Assembly: GCA_013239625.1 (NCBI GenBank)
Contig: MU056050.1
Span: 6,085,366 to 6,149,365 of the forward strand
Direction of reading: 5' to 3'
From: Lama guanicoe
Taxonomy: Eukaryota
Length of the DNA stretch: 64,000 nucleotides
Each line of letters begins with the position of its first letter. Position 1 is the stretch's first letter. Made by a program: the position numbers and the translations under genes. Below, piece after piece: positions 12,247 through 26,155 of this stretch. Below the pieces are notes generated by a model that saw only the letters and a list, made by a program, of their open reading frames with translations, made no database searches and was not told the DNA's origin.

Positions 12247-14449
12247 CTGATACGCAAAGAAATGCCCAGTTCTGTTAGATTATTAACAATGCCTATATTA
12301 TGCAATACCACTGATTTCCACATTTGGGTCAGAAAGATTTTTTCTGGGTCTGAGTCACAATGTTCCAATTAAAATATCTTTCAAATTAAAAAAAAATTTC
12401 CAAGGATTTCCCTCCAGCTCATGATGCAGCTAAGTAACAGCTCTCCTGTATAGAAATGAAAGCTCAGTTCAAAGCATTTCACAAAGAAGAAACAGTCAAA
12501 ATCATCATCATCTCTGTAGGCAAAACAGACAGCTGATTGAGTGACCATTAGACTTTCCAGTCTTCCTGAGATGGCCTGGAGGTCTGGCCAGAGAGTTCCT
12601 CAGCTGCAGATACAGAGAATGACTATCCCTGCCCCTCCACACTAGCAACAAAAAGACTCAAAGGAAAATCATGTACACCTTTAATCATTATTTTTCTAAG
12701 CTCTCCTTTAAAGATAGAGAAATCAAAAATAGAATTTATGTTTACAGTTCTGTGACACATAAAAAATATAATTAAAGTACTAAATCTCTCCAAAGAAATG
12801 TGATGTACAGAATTAACTTCAGCATTTAGCCGGAAAAGAGTCCCCTCGGAAAGATCAGGGTGATATGTGAGGGATTAGTTTTGAAGTCCTATTGTGGATT
12901 TTTTCAAGGGGTGGTATTTTGGTCAGCCCTACTCTGATTTCTCCTCACCACTATCAGTCAGAACGAATTACAGGACATATCACCTGAATTCCAAGATTTA
13001 ACATTAATAGCCCCTGATTTTTGTTCTTCAAATGCCATTTAGATATACAAAAGTCATTCTTTCATATTTCCAGCACCCTCTGACAAAGCAGCATTTAGCA
13101 TTTCCCACACAAGAGGGCTTTTTTTTTCCAGTAATTGAGTTCAGAATACAGAAAGTTACAGAGTTTATTTATTTTTTAATCTTCTTTACTAGTTGCATAA
13201 AACTGTCAACAGCTTATGCTAGTCTTGAAAATATCAAGCTGATTTAAGAGAAATGTTCCGGAACTGGGTGGAGAGTGGAGAGAGGAGATAAGAAAATGGA
13301 AGAATACAGAGAGAGGGGCAATATTTTTCCCTAAAAGATTTTGATCTAATTTTTTTGGTAAAAACATAGTTCATCTCTCTAACACATTATTGGCTCTAAT
13401 AAGGATACCACAAACTCAAAAGGGTCAGAGTGTAAGCTGCAAAGATTGGGTGTGTTATTTACAGTCTTGGGCAGTGATGACATTTGCTTGCATGAATCTG
13501 GAAGAAGCTCTTTTGGCTCATCTTATGAAAAATCTATTGGGAGGCCATATATTTGAAGGTGCTGTCTTCCCGCCTTGTAGGATGGGAGCCCCAATCCATC
13601 TTTTCTGTTATGACCAGGTGTAAGTCATAAAACAGCAGTTATTACAGGTTTTATGGAGCTGAGAGCTGGGACACTCACGAGGAGGATAAGTTCATAATAG
13701 CCTTAAAGAGCGAACTATCCTTCAAGGTCCTAGGTTTCCATAGAGAGGCTGCTCCAGTGATCGGCTGCCTTACTTTTTCACCAACATTTCTTACCATTAG
13801 AAGACACTTCTGCATTCACCAACTCAGTTACATATCAAGTACTTATCGCGTACTCAGAGCCTTGTGTCTTGGACAATATGTAGTAGAAGAACCTGGTTGT
13901 CTCCTTCAACCTGTAACCTGTTGACCTCATGGGTGGAGATGCATGAAGCTCTTCAAGTATTCATATGCCCCTCATCAACTCAGTGTGGGGCTTTACTCAT
14001 GGCTTGGAGCCTTCCAAAAAACTATGCGCTCAGCAGTCAGCACCACACCTTTTGAGGTAATGTCTTTTCTTTGTCCTAAATTTGCCTTTTGCAAACATTC
14101 AAAAAGGGATCCTTAGTATCACCTAACGGAAGTGTGTCTTTACCATCAACTCCATCACCACATGGGGTGACATTTAAGACTGAGCAGCTCTGATTTGGGG
14201 GAATATATCACTTAATAAAATTATGCTGCAAAATGTAAAGGGAGCTGACCTTATGCTTGGTTTTGCTGAAATGAGGTTTCTAAGTAAAGGAAGTTTTCTG
14301 TGAAACGCCTGACAAACCCATGACCAATAGCCCCAAACCAAAGTAGCTGAATTAACCAGAACATCAGTGCCTCTCCTCGTTCTTGTGATCTGGAAATATT
14401 TCTTTTTCTGCATTTTTCTGTTTGTGTTGAGAGAGAATTAACAGACAAT

Positions 14450-14700
14450 AAAATGAACAGATTTTAAGTTTTCAGTTTGATATATTTGACAAGGGTATAC
14501 ACCCCTGTAACCATCACTCAAAACAAGGTATAGAATATCCCCATTATCCCAAGAAGTTCCCCTTGCCTCTTGCATTTCCATGTACATATACACTCAGAGA
14601 CAAGCACTGTTGTCAATTCTTCGATCAGTATGGAGTAGTTTTGCCTGTTCTGGAACTTGACATGCAGGGAATCATACAGTATTTACCCTTTTGTGTCTGG
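14450..14700 (-). mobile_element. old L1 (L1MB/ME) 3'UTR fragment
   Basis: tttgacaagggtatacacccctgtaaccatcac...ttgcctgttctggaactt...aatcatacagtat. Confidence 0.8.
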
Positions 14701-17700
14701 GCAGACGTACTAGCATTTGGGGCAGCACACTTGAAGGCATTAAAAGACTCAGAACAACATTAAACAAGTGAGTAATAAATATAAAACAATCCCCACAGCA
14801 GTGTTTCAGTATCTCACTATGTTTATAAAAATAGCTACAGTTATGTATTCATTTCACTGCCCTGCAGCCCTAAATCATTTAAGTTGAACTGTTTGCTCCA
14901 CAGGAAAAATTCTCATAGGTTCCAGGACACGCATGATTTTTCCCTGATGTGACCTGACATGCTATGCCTATTATGTCTTCCTCAAGCAGGTGGCACTTGG
15001 CTGTACTTTCAAGCAGCACACGTTACTCTCAAAGTGTGATTCCTCATTTGCAACATACATGCAATTTACATGATGCTCACAATTTCACTGTGCCACTGGG
15101 GAGGCTTGAAGGACACTGTTGTACTATACTATACCCACCAGGGGAAGCCACAGAGGAGAGACATTCATGCCAAATAAAACAAGTGTACTTGCCTCCTTAT
15201 GCCAGATTTTGTTCTACCTTCATTTCCTTACTAGGTCACTGAATAACACTGCCCATCATAACTGGTGGCACCAGTTGGATTTTCCCTGCCCCATTCAGCC
15301 CAGATGCTGCTGTTGTTTTCCACTCTTTAATCCAAATACAGAATACCACATGCTGTGTGCATCAGAGAGAAAACAGAACAGAAAAGACAGTTCAATATTG
15401 GAGTTAACTGGGAAGGGAAAAATAGGATGTCTCATATCCGGTGACTCAAGCCTTAAATATTTCCTTCTTCCAACACTGGGGAATAATTACAATTATATGA
15501 TATTCTGTCTATGTAGAAAAGTCTAGAGCTATCATGCATAGATGCTTAAATATGGACATGCTAGCTAGAGACCAAAAACTGGTTCAAGAGCACAAGAAAG
15601 GAGGATAATTCTCAGATATGTGACTGCTGTTTTCATTTATATTTTTGCCCTCAGTGGATTATTTTTTAACAAGAGCCTTCTGCCTCAATTTCTACCACTC
15701 CCTTAATGGATTACTGAGTAACCTGCCTGTCTGTGGGGAAATGGGACTCCTGACAAGCAAACACATTTTCAAACATTCTTTAGAAATCCAAACACACTTC
15801 CGTTTCTGCTGTAACTACAATCCTCTGGGGGAGAAAGTTTCAACTTGACCCCAGTTTAGCAGTTTGCGTTTTCTTCCTCTCTGCTAAATATCAGGCAGTG
15901 GGAAGTCTTTGGTCTCCATGTTCATACAGAAAAGATGGGGATGCCTCAAGCTAGCCTGGTTAAGAAACATATTTCACAGAGTCTGGAAATGTAAAGCCAA
16001 GTGTGGCCTTTGCGTTGAACATGACAAAAGACTATGGTTTGAGGCAGAGTTGTCTTGGATCTTGAATTTGAGGCAAGATCTGATAATTAATACAGTTTTT
16101 TAATACATATTTGGTGGAGTAGCAATGTCCTACAGGTATGAGTTACTGGGTTCAGTTGCAGAAGAAAGAACCTGATGATAATCTCGACACCTCCCTAGTC
16201 CCACCCCGGGTCTCTGGGAAAAAGGACACCTTCCCTTAAGACACTCCACTTCTGTACTGGAGGCCACTTAGCCCATTTAGCTGGGCTAGAAGCTAAGACC
16301 AAGCTAGTTCAGACAGTGTCCCTTCCCTGTCCCACCACGAGCACCATAAGGGAACTTCAAGCCAGGAGATCCAGGCCCACAGAACAGAGCTACTCAGAGG
16401 TCCAGCCCTGGTACAGAATTTCTTAGTGATGCTCTCCTACTGAGTACCCCGAATTGAGTTCCTAGGAGCAAGGTGAAGGGTGGCAGGTGGCTGGTGGCTG
16501 GTTCCATGGCTTGTCAAAAGGCAAGCAAAATTTTCCCCTGCTCTAGACCCAGGGAGCCTTTTTCTGAATTTGATCTCAAAGGGGAATGTAGCTGTATGTA
16601 CAAATTGAAAGAAATCTGGGAGAAGACAGGGGAGAAGAAACTTGCTGCCATTTACCATTATCTTGATAAAACGGCAGTGACACACACTCCGCCTGCCACA
16701 ATTAGGGTGATAAATGCCCGTTTCTTTGAGGCTTGTTTGAAAGTCAATTATGTAGATTATTTGGAGAATACTGACAGATGGCTTTCTTCCCCAGATGAGA
16801 CAATCAAGCTGAACTTTGATATGTGCATAAAAAACGCTGTCATTTCTCAAACAGAGGACGCCTCCCTAAGAGGCAGACCAGAGAACTGGATGGACTTTTG
16901 CCATTGGCCACTTCTGATGCACCCTGCCCTTAGCTCTTTTTTTCCCCCCAGATCTCCCTCGTCTCCCACCCTCCATGGAAGCTTTGCTTCTTTTCATCTT
17001 GTAGTCAAATATTGATTCTCCAACCTGTCCTCAAGGTTTTGATTAACACAGAAGATTGCCACGTAAGCAGCTTTTTGTTTGTTTTCAGCTAATTTGTTTT
17101 TTTATTATTCACTTGCTGCAGTAAATCTTCCTTTTATTGTCCAACCACTGAACAGAGAAAAATGGATTGATTTGAGTAACTAAATAATTCAAGCTGCAAT
17201 GTGTAGTGGAGGCTGGGGGGAAGACAGGAAGGATTCGGGGATGTCTAAGAAAGCTTGATGCAACATCACCCTTCAGTTTTCTTAGTTCTCCCCTGGTCCC
17301 CAACCCAAATTATGACAATTGTGATTAGATTCCGAGGGGGTTTATGGAGGTAGCACTGTGATACTGAAGTAGTGATTTAAATCAATAAAAGTTGAGAAAA
17401 TGACTGTTTAAAAAGTCTTCCTTTATCAAACAACAACAGAGATTCACCAAATGAGATCTATTGCGTGCTACTTTTCATTATCCGAGGTAATTCCATTGGC
17501 ACCGTTATTTCAATCCTGTGGTGTATTTATTCATTTCTTCTTCTTAAAGGTGCAAACCAATCTTCCCTACTGTCATTTACTGGTGGCACCAAATAGATGG
17601 AAAAGTTTTGAAGAAAGTAGCCCAGCAGAACAGAGCCGAAGATACCAAGATATAAAATGGAACAACTCAAAGCCAAAAAGCAGCCTAACTTGCTTGTTAA

Positions 17701-18263
17701 AGGCATCGATTTCAGGATGAGGGAAAAGGGAGAAATAGTAGAAGAAAGAACAAGAGAGAAACAAGGATGAAGGGGGTATCTATTTGCACCCTCTATCACC
17801 TGCCCTTCTGGTCCTCCTTTCCCTCAGGTATTCAGCATGCTGGGGTTTCCTTAAACAAAACACAAACACACAAGCTACAAATAAAAAGATGGATAGGTTT
17901 CACTATATGAAAATGTAAAACTTCTATATCCAAGATACATAAAAAACTCATTACAAAACAAACCACAGTCTGGGTTTATAAAGCATATAACTGGCAAAAG
18001 ATAGAGAACAAGATTATACAATGAATTTTTGCAAATCTATAAGAAAAACAACCCAATAGAAAATTGGGCAAAAGACTTGAACAGGTGTTTCACAGAAGAG
18101 GAAATTCAAATCCCCAGTGCACATGTGAAAATACACTCATCTCAATTGTTACCAGGGCAATACAAATTAAAAGAGCAAGGTGCCATTTCTACTACTAGAA
18201 AAATGCAAAGTCAGACAATACCAAACATTGTCAAGAAAAGAGAGAAAAGAGGAATTTCATATA

Positions 18264-20641
18264 TAGACAAACCTCGTTTTATTGCATTTCTCTTTATTGT
18301 GCTTCACAGATACTGCATTTTTCACAAATTGAATATTTGTGGCCACCATGTGTCAAGCAAGTCTGTCGATGCCATTTTCCCAGCAGCATTTGCTCACTTT
18401 GTGTCTCTGTGTCACATTTTGGTAATTCTCACAATATTTCAGACTTTTTCATTATTGTTATATTTGTTATGGTGATCTGTGATCAATGATCTTTGATGTT
18501 ACTATTGTAATTGTTTTGAAGTGCTGTGAACCAAGACCAAATAAGACAGCAAACTTATTTTTTTGTGTGTGTTTTGTGTGTTCTGACTGCTCCACCAACA
18601 AGCCATTCTCCCCATCTCTTTCCCTCTCCTCAGGCCTCTCTGTTCCCTGAGACACAACAATATTGAAATTACGTCTATTAATAACCCTACAATGGCCTCT
18701 AAGTGTGCAAGTGAAGGGAAAAATCACGTGTTTTTTCACTTTAAATCAAAAGCTAGAAATGATCAAACTTAGTGAGGAAGGCATGTCAAAAAATGAGACA
18801 GGCCAAAAACTAGGCCTCTTGAGCCAAACAGTTACCCAAGGTGTGAATGCAAAGGAAAGTTCTTGAAGCAAAGTAAAAGTGCTATTTTAGTGAACACACA
18901 AATGATAAAGCAAAACAGATATATTGCTGACACGGAGAAAGTTGTAGTGGTCTGGAGAGACGATCAAACCAGCCACAACACTCCCTTAAGCCACAGCCTA
19001 ATCCAGAGCAAGGCCCTAACTCTTTTTAATTCTGTCAAGGTTGAGAGAGGTCAAGAAGCTACAGAAAAAAGTTTGAAGCCAGCGGAGGTTGGTTCATGAG
19101 GATTAAAGAAAGAAGCCATCCCTATAATACAAAAGTGCAAGGTGAAGCAGTAAGTGCTGATGTAGAAGCTGCAGCAAGTCATCCAGCAGAGCTAGTGAAG
19201 ATAACTAACGAGCTGGCCACACTGAACAACAGATTGTCAATGTAGACGAAGCAGCCTTCTACTGGAAGAAGATGCCACCTAGGACTTTCATAGCCAGAGA
19301 GGAGAAGTCAATGCCTGGCTCCAAAGCTTCAAAGGACAGGCTGACTCTCTTGTTAGGGGCTAATGGAGCTGGTAGTGTGAAATTGAAACCAATGCTTGTT
19401 TACCATTCTGAAAATCCTAGGACCGTTCAGAATTATGCTATATTTTCACTGCCTGTGCACAAGTGGAACAACAAAGCCTGAATGACAGCACATCTGTTTC
19501 CAACACAGTTTATTGAATATTTTAAGTCCCTATTGAGACCTACTGCTCAGAAAAAAAAATACTACTTTCAAAATATTACTGCTCATTGACAATGTGGCTG
19601 GTCCCCCAAGAGCTCTGATGGGGATGCAAAGTGAGATTAATATTGTTTCATGCCTGCTAACACAACATCATTCTTCAGCCCATGGATTAAGGAGTCATAC
19701 TGACTTTAAAGTCTTATGATTTAAGAAATACATTTCATAATGCTATAGCTGCCATATATAGTGATTCCTCTGATGGATCTGAGCAAAGTAAATTGAAAAT
19801 CTTCTGGAAAGTTTTCACCATTCTAGATGCCATTAGAAACATTTGTGATTCATGGGAAGAAGTCAAAATATCGACACTAACAGGAGTTTGGAAGAAGCTG
19901 ATTCCAACCCTCATGGATGACTTTGAGGGGTTTAAGACTTCAGAGGAGGAGAACTAGAATTAGAAGTGGAGCCTGAAGATGGGACTGGATTACTGCAATC
20001 TCATCATAAAACCTTAATGGATGAGGAGGTGTTTCTTAAGGATAAGCAATGCAAGTGGGTTTTTTGAGATGGATACTACTCCTGGGGAAGATGCTGTGAA
20101 GAGTGTTGAAATGACAACAAAGAATTGGGAATATTATATAAATTTACTTGATAAGTCAGGGACAGAGTTTGAAAAGATTGATTCCAATTTTGAAAGAAAT
20201 TCTACTGTGAGTAAAATGCTATCAAACATCATTGCATACTATAAAGAAATTTGGGAAAGGAAGAGCTAATTGGTGTGGCAAACTTCACTGTTGTCTTATT
20301 TTAAGAAATTGCCACAGCCACCCCAACCTTCAGCAGCCACCACCCTGATCAGTCAGCAGCCATCGACGTTGAGGAAAGAGCCTCCACCAGCAAAGAGATT
20401 ACAGCTCACTGAAGGTACAGATGATGGGTAGCATTTTTTAACAATAAAAAAATTTAAATTAAGGTTTGTATATCACTTCTTTAGACAGTGTTATTGCATA
20501 CTTAGTAGACTACAGTATAGTGTAAAAATAACTTTTATATGCACTAGGAAACCAAAAAGTGCACGTGACTCACTTTATTGCAGTGTTTGTTTTATTGCAG
20601 TGATCTGGAACTGAACCTGCATTATCTGTAAGATATGCCTG
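18264..20641 (+). mobile_element. Tigger1 DNA transposon, near full length (2378 bp)
   Basis: TIR-like ends tagacaaacctcgttttattgc / taagatatgcctg; internal transposase fragments. Confidence 0.95.
18692..20431 (+). pseudogene. decayed Tigger1 pogo-family transposase (TIGD1-related) with stops and frameshifts
   Basis: MIKLSEEGMSK..GQKLGLL (psq HTH), [24 protein letters not shown] (CENP-B HTH), [30 protein letters not shown] (DDE region), split over several frames. Confidence 0.9.
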
Positions 20642-21984
20642 CACTTTGGAACATCACATAGGAGAGAGATTTGGCAATATCTAGTTAATCTGAATATGCA
20701 CATTCCCTAAAGCTCAGTAGTTCCACTTCTAGTCATTTATTTATCTTAGAAAAACTCTTTCACACATAAAGAAGTAGCATGTTCAAGGATATGATGGCAC
20801 AGCACTGTAATAGGAAAACAACCTAGGTATTTATCAAAAGAGAAACAAATAGATTGTGTTATAGTCACCATGTCAGCAGGTAAAATGAATGATGTAGATA
20901 GGCATGTATCACCGTGGATAAATAGAATCATAATGTTAAGTGAAAAATGAAAGTTGCAGAATCACATGTATATAGGAAGTCATTTATACAAAGTTTAAAG
21001 AATAATAATACTGTATACTCCCTGTGAACACACACACACAGAATATATTATCACATATGGGAAGTGTACAAACCAACTACAGGATACATGATACCTCTAA
21101 TGAGAGAGAGGGGAGCAACGTAATCAGGGAGGCTGAAGTACAAACAGGGCAACGACTCCACCCATAACATCTTATTTCTTACAAAAAGGCAAGATGTTAG
21201 CATTGATTAACTTTGGGTTAAAGTCATGGATGTTCATTGTATTGATCTTTATACTTTTCTGTTTGAAATATTTCATGATCTAAAAATAAATGACACAAGA
21301 AAAAAATTACATTGCCTAAGCCCCCATCAAAATGCCCACTCCAATGTATTTCTCTTACAAGCAAATTCCTACTAAACTGTTTATCTATTTAGCAAATATC
21401 TATTGAGGAGGCACTATAAATACCCATCATTTGCATTTAAAAACAAATCATACCTGAATCCAGATGAATGAATCCCTAATCTTGGAGTTTCAGGTACCAA
21501 GACAGACCAGGAGTTAAGATTTAGGAACGAGCAGGAGGAGCCTTCATGGTATCTCTCACATACTAACCCAGATGTGCGCAGAGAAGAGAAAGGAGAAAGG
21601 AGAAGAAAGGAAAAAAGCAAGCTGAGGAGATCAGGCAGTGAATTAAAGGACTACCTCGGAGCAGCTAGAGTTTACAAAGTTGTTACTGTATTTTAGAACC
21701 ACTTTCTCCCTGTGAGGGGTCCCCCTCCCTGCCCTTTATAGATTTATCCCAGTGCTTCAATACATCAGCAGTTTGCACCTAGGTGTTAAAACCTAGGCCT
21801 GTTGGTTAGCCTCTGGTTCTCCCCATGTCAGCCCCAAAGCAGAAGGCAGAACTACACCACATCAAAAGAAAAACCCTCTATAAAGCAGTAGTGGACAGTG
21901 GAGATTTTGTTGGCAATTTTGCGGCGAGGAGGGGGAAAGGTTTACATCAAAAACAACTAATCAAAATCCTCAATTCCTTGTGTA

Positions 21985-22385
21985 TGATGTTTTGGGAATG
22001 ACAAAATCTTAAAAAGGGAGAACAGATTAGTGGTTGCCAGGGGTTCTGAAAGGTGGACAGGAGGGAATTGCTGTGGTTACAAAAGGCAACACGAGGAATC
22101 CTTGTAGTGATGGAAACATTCTACATCTTGATGTGGTGGTAGACATGCAAACCTAACATGTGATAAAATTGCATGGAACTAAACACACACACACATAAGG
22201 GAGTATATCACACTGGAGAAATCTGAGTTCGATGGCTGAATGGTATCAATATCAATATTCTGGTTGTGGTACTCTACTTGAGTTTTGTAAGATATTATCA
22301 TAGGAGGAAACAGCTTGAATTTTACATCAGATCTTTCTGTATTGTTTCTTAATAAGAAATCAGTTAAAATAAATGAATACTATTC
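21985..22385 (+). mobile_element. L1MC/MD-type 3'UTR fragment
   Basis: gagaacagattagtggttgccagggg...gtgatggaaacattctacatcttgat. Confidence 0.8.
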
Positions 22386-22706
22386 ATAAGATGAAAAAAA
22401 TCCTCAGTAGGCATTTTTCCCCTTCAACAACCAGCTGCCAGTTTGCCACTTTCTTCCTCTTTCCTGCTCCTGTCCTCATTCAACCTTCTTCTTTCTTGTC
22501 AAGATCAATTTAGCTCCATCACATCTCTCAATCTTAGGCAGTAGCTAAATTGATAAACTTCCAGGTATCTCATCACAACTTTCCAAAGTGGGTCTCCCCC
22601 TAGACTAGAAAGGCATTAGCAAGCATTATCCTAAAGAAACCATAATAAGTTACTTAAAGATACCTGAAATGCCTCGATAAAATTAACGGATTGACCTGAA
22701 GTCAAT

Positions 22707-23151
22707 TGTCAGTCACCTATTGCTAGTAAAGCAAACACAAATAAACAAAAAGCACTTCAAACTCAATGGCTTTAAAGAACAACCGTTTATTTCCATTCAC
22801 GAGTCTGTAGATTGACAGTGGTTGGCTGATCTAGACTGAGTTCAGACCAGCAGTTCTGTGTCAAACTGCAGGTCCAGTGGGCTTGGCTGCTTATAAGGGA
22901 CAGGCTCGGGTCCATGTGTGTCTATTTATTCTGGGACCCAGGCCTCAGGTACAGCTCTTCCTATGGTGAGGGCAGAGGCACAAGAGACAAAGGTATATTT
23001 CAGGTCTCTGTTGACATCACAACTGCTAACATCCCACTAACCAAAGCAAGTCACATGATTGAGCTCAAAGTCAAGAGGTGGGAAGGCATACTCATCCCAT
23101 GGATTTGGGAGGAAGAAGTAGATATTTTTAACAGGAATCTAATCTATCACA
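22707..23151 (-). mobile_element. MaLR LTR (old MLT1, H-K group)
   Basis: TG...CA; aacatcccactaaccaaagcaagtcacatgattgagctcaaagtcaag. Confidence 0.75.
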
Positions 23152-23507
23152 TCAAACAAAGTATATCATTTCTGTGCTAGAGACCTGTCGTTTGTCTGTT
23201 CCCTTCCTGGCAAATATTTCCATTAATTCTCCCCTACTAAACTTCTAGAAATCCTTATACGCTTTCTTTAGGAAATATTGAATTATATCTTTACTGGAGT
23301 GAAGGAGATAAATAGTTATTTGGCCTGAAGAGGAATGGGTGGAATATGCAGGCAAATCATGTCACAATGATGGGTTAGGAATCCCACAAATTACCCAGTG
23401 AATCCTCACGAGAAAAGTCTTATAAAGAAGCCAGAGTATCAAAGAAGGTGAAAAGAAGCACTTTCATTGAATCAAAGTTGTTAACAGAGATAATTTTAGT
23501 TGCTTGT

Positions 23508-23790
23508 TTTATTCATTCATGAATTCCATACATATTTATTGAGTATCTACTATGGGCCAGGCACTGTGCTGAGGGCGCATGGTGAGCAAAACAGGTGAGC
23601 GATTTCAGACTGTGCAGTACCATAAAAGGAAGAAAGTGCTGTGAGAGAGAATAATAATTGTGGGAAGGGAAAAGGCAACTTGGAGTGATTGGGTGGGGTG
23701 GGGGGCTCACTGAAGAGGTACCATTTAGGCTGAGACCTGAGGAGTAATAAAGATCTAGCCACATGCTGAGCTAGAGAAATCACATAATCA
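23508..23790 (-). mobile_element. L2 fragment
   Basis: attcattcat...atttattgagtatctactatgggccaggcactgtgct. Confidence 0.8.
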
Positions 23791-24134
23791 AGAGGTAGAG
23801 ATGAGTTTATTGCCTATAACACTGATGAAAAAAGTTAAAGGACCAAAAGGCCTTATATGATGGATGTCATTGTAACTGTTTAGAGAAAGATGCTGTGAGA
23901 AAAAAATCTATGGCATATAAAAAGGGAAGCAAAAGGGATGCAGTAGCTCTTTGTTCTGTCGTTATCCTCAGCATCATACCCTGCACTGAAAGGTGCCAGA
24001 GGATATTGTACCTAGCAACTAAAGATTGATGTACTGCCCCAGTGCTGCTACTAAGGAGCTAGCAACCATGAGTAAGTCACTTTCCCTTGCAGATCCTTGA
24101 TTTTCTGATTAGTAAATAAAGAGATTGCCTAAAT

Positions 24135-24405
24135 CAATTTTTCCAAGTGTATCCCTCAAAATCTTGTTTGCTGTGATGCTAGTAGATGTTATGCCAAAAA
24201 AAAAAAAAGACTATAATGCTGGATAGAATGAAGCCAGTTTCTATACTGCACAGCTTCTCAGAATCTTAAAGTGTTCTCAAATAGACTGAGAACCTCTAAG
24301 AAGGAAACAGACCAGACTGTGTGTTTCCAAAACTTAACTGATTATGGAACTCCTTTCACTGTCGCATTCCAGAGAGAACATCCCAAGGAACACACTTTGG
24401 CACTC
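24135..24405. mobile_element. old hAT-type MITE
   Basis: tttttccaagtgtatccc start / ggaacacactttgg end; family uncertain. Confidence 0.45.
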
Positions 24406-25184
24406 ATGGAAGTGCTGCACTGCTCTCCAAGGTCCTGTCCAGCTCCAAAAGGTTCTGCTTTGGATACAGTCACCTCAGAGGGAGACTCTGTTGGTACCAG
24501 ATTTTCTCTTAAAGCATGTAATCATATCTCAGTTAACCAAAAAGAATTAAAATAAAGTTCAATCCTAGTCCCTTTTATACCAAAAGCTACTCTTTAGTCA
24601 ATACTGTAATAGCAATATTGTATAGAATACATGTAGAACATAGGTTATAATTAAAAAGGAAAATGATTGTCAACCAGATAATAAAGACAAAATTACTCTT
24701 CTACTGAAGTTTGGAAGGGGTGTTGTAAAAAAAGAAATGGATTGAAACAGACTTACGCTGAAAACCCTAAGAATGGCATACTTTCTTATTTAAAACACTT
24801 CCTCATTCAGTGTATTCTGAAGTCATGCCAGAAGTTTAGGAAATAATCCATGATTAAGTATGATTAAGTGAGAAGCATGGAACTAACTAGCTAGCCTTTT
24901 GTTTTCTTCAGGAGACCATCACCATATCAATCATTTCAGGATTATTTATTATCTTTCCTCATTTTGCACCATTTGGCCAGAAAAATGGTTAGCAATTTCT
25001 TTAAGCCACTTCTAATTTACCATGTCGATGAGTGTGTCAGCTTTGTCATTTTGCAGGTTATTTCCCAGGTAATAGACATTCATTCATTCTATATTTCTGT
25101 GCTTCTGCCATTCTTAACAAATAAAATCCAGGGTACTAGAGCCATCCATGTGCAACCAGATAACTGAGAACATTCATTTTGTAC

Positions 25185-25290
25185 CCAGATTGTGTGACCT
25201 TGAGCAAGTCCTTACCCTGACTGGACCTCAATTTCCTCATTTATAGAATAAATGATTTGGACTAGATATTAGCTAAAATTCCTTCTGGCT
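25185..25290 (+). mobile_element. MIR/MIR3 core
   Basis: tgtgtgaccttgagcaagtc...cctcaatttcctcatttatagaat...ggactagat. Confidence 0.7.
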
Positions 25291-26044
25291 CTAAAATGCT
25301 CTAATTCTACTTTTGCATTCTAATTCAAATTACTAGAAGTTATACATTTTATTTAAAAAATCTCCCTTCCACCTACATATATCCTATTTTCTAAATATAT
25401 TTTTAAAGTTCCTAAACTAGGAAATTTTAGATACATAAAAAGAGAAGTAATTAAACACCCTAGAACATTCAGATTTATAATCTTTTCATTAATGAAGGTA
25501 ATTTCAGGTGGAGACAAAAGTGAAATAAACAAAAGCTGGAGTGATGACAACTTAATAGCTTATACTTTTAATTGGATGGTATAAATATGAGCTTCTCTTG
25601 CTTCTCATGTGAACTTCAATTTTCCCAATATCTTCATCTCTCACTAATAATATTTTAACCAATTGCTAGTATTTAGTAAATATCTACATTTGGAATGTCC
25701 ATTCCTATACTAGTTTCTGCAGAGGATTAAAATAGACTTCAGTGACTTCAAAAAGCTTCAGTTGGGGTTGGGGAAGCAAAACCTAACCCCATGAAAGAAT
25801 CAGACTGATATCAGACGGTACATAATTAGGTGCCAAATTGTGTGGTGTAACCGAGCAGTTTTTAACTTTTTCGCCTCTGCAACATATATAATGAATAATG
25901 TTCCCTATACTTTGAATAGAGTAGGGACTCAATCATTTATTGAATGAATGTATGAATGAATCTTCACATGCTTAAGATAATCATATCCATCCGAATAAAA
26001 GTAATTGAAAGGGATGTCCATTGCAGGACTAATCCATTTAAATA

Positions 26045-26093
26045 ACACACACATACAAACATATAACCATATAAACTTACATATATGTGTGCG

Positions 26094-26147
<54 letters not shown>

Positions 26148-26155
26148 CAGAGAGA
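26045..26155. repeat. compound microsatellite (CA)/(TA)n(GA)n(GACAGA)n
   Basis: seen directly. Confidence 0.95.

Larger units (their letters stand above)
17875..21305 (+). mobile_element. ancient L1 ORF2 3' region and 3'UTR, split by Tigger1
   Basis: NPIENWAKDLNRCFTEEEIQ in ORF 18029; L1 sequence resumes after 20643. Confidence 0.8.

Noticed and set aside
16473..17015. 180-aa ORF
   Set aside because: Starts at GTG, has no recognisable domain or exon structure, and overlaps enhancer-like DNA.
18692..20431. Functional TIGD1-like gene
   Set aside because: Multiple stops and frameshifts, and transposon ends are still present.
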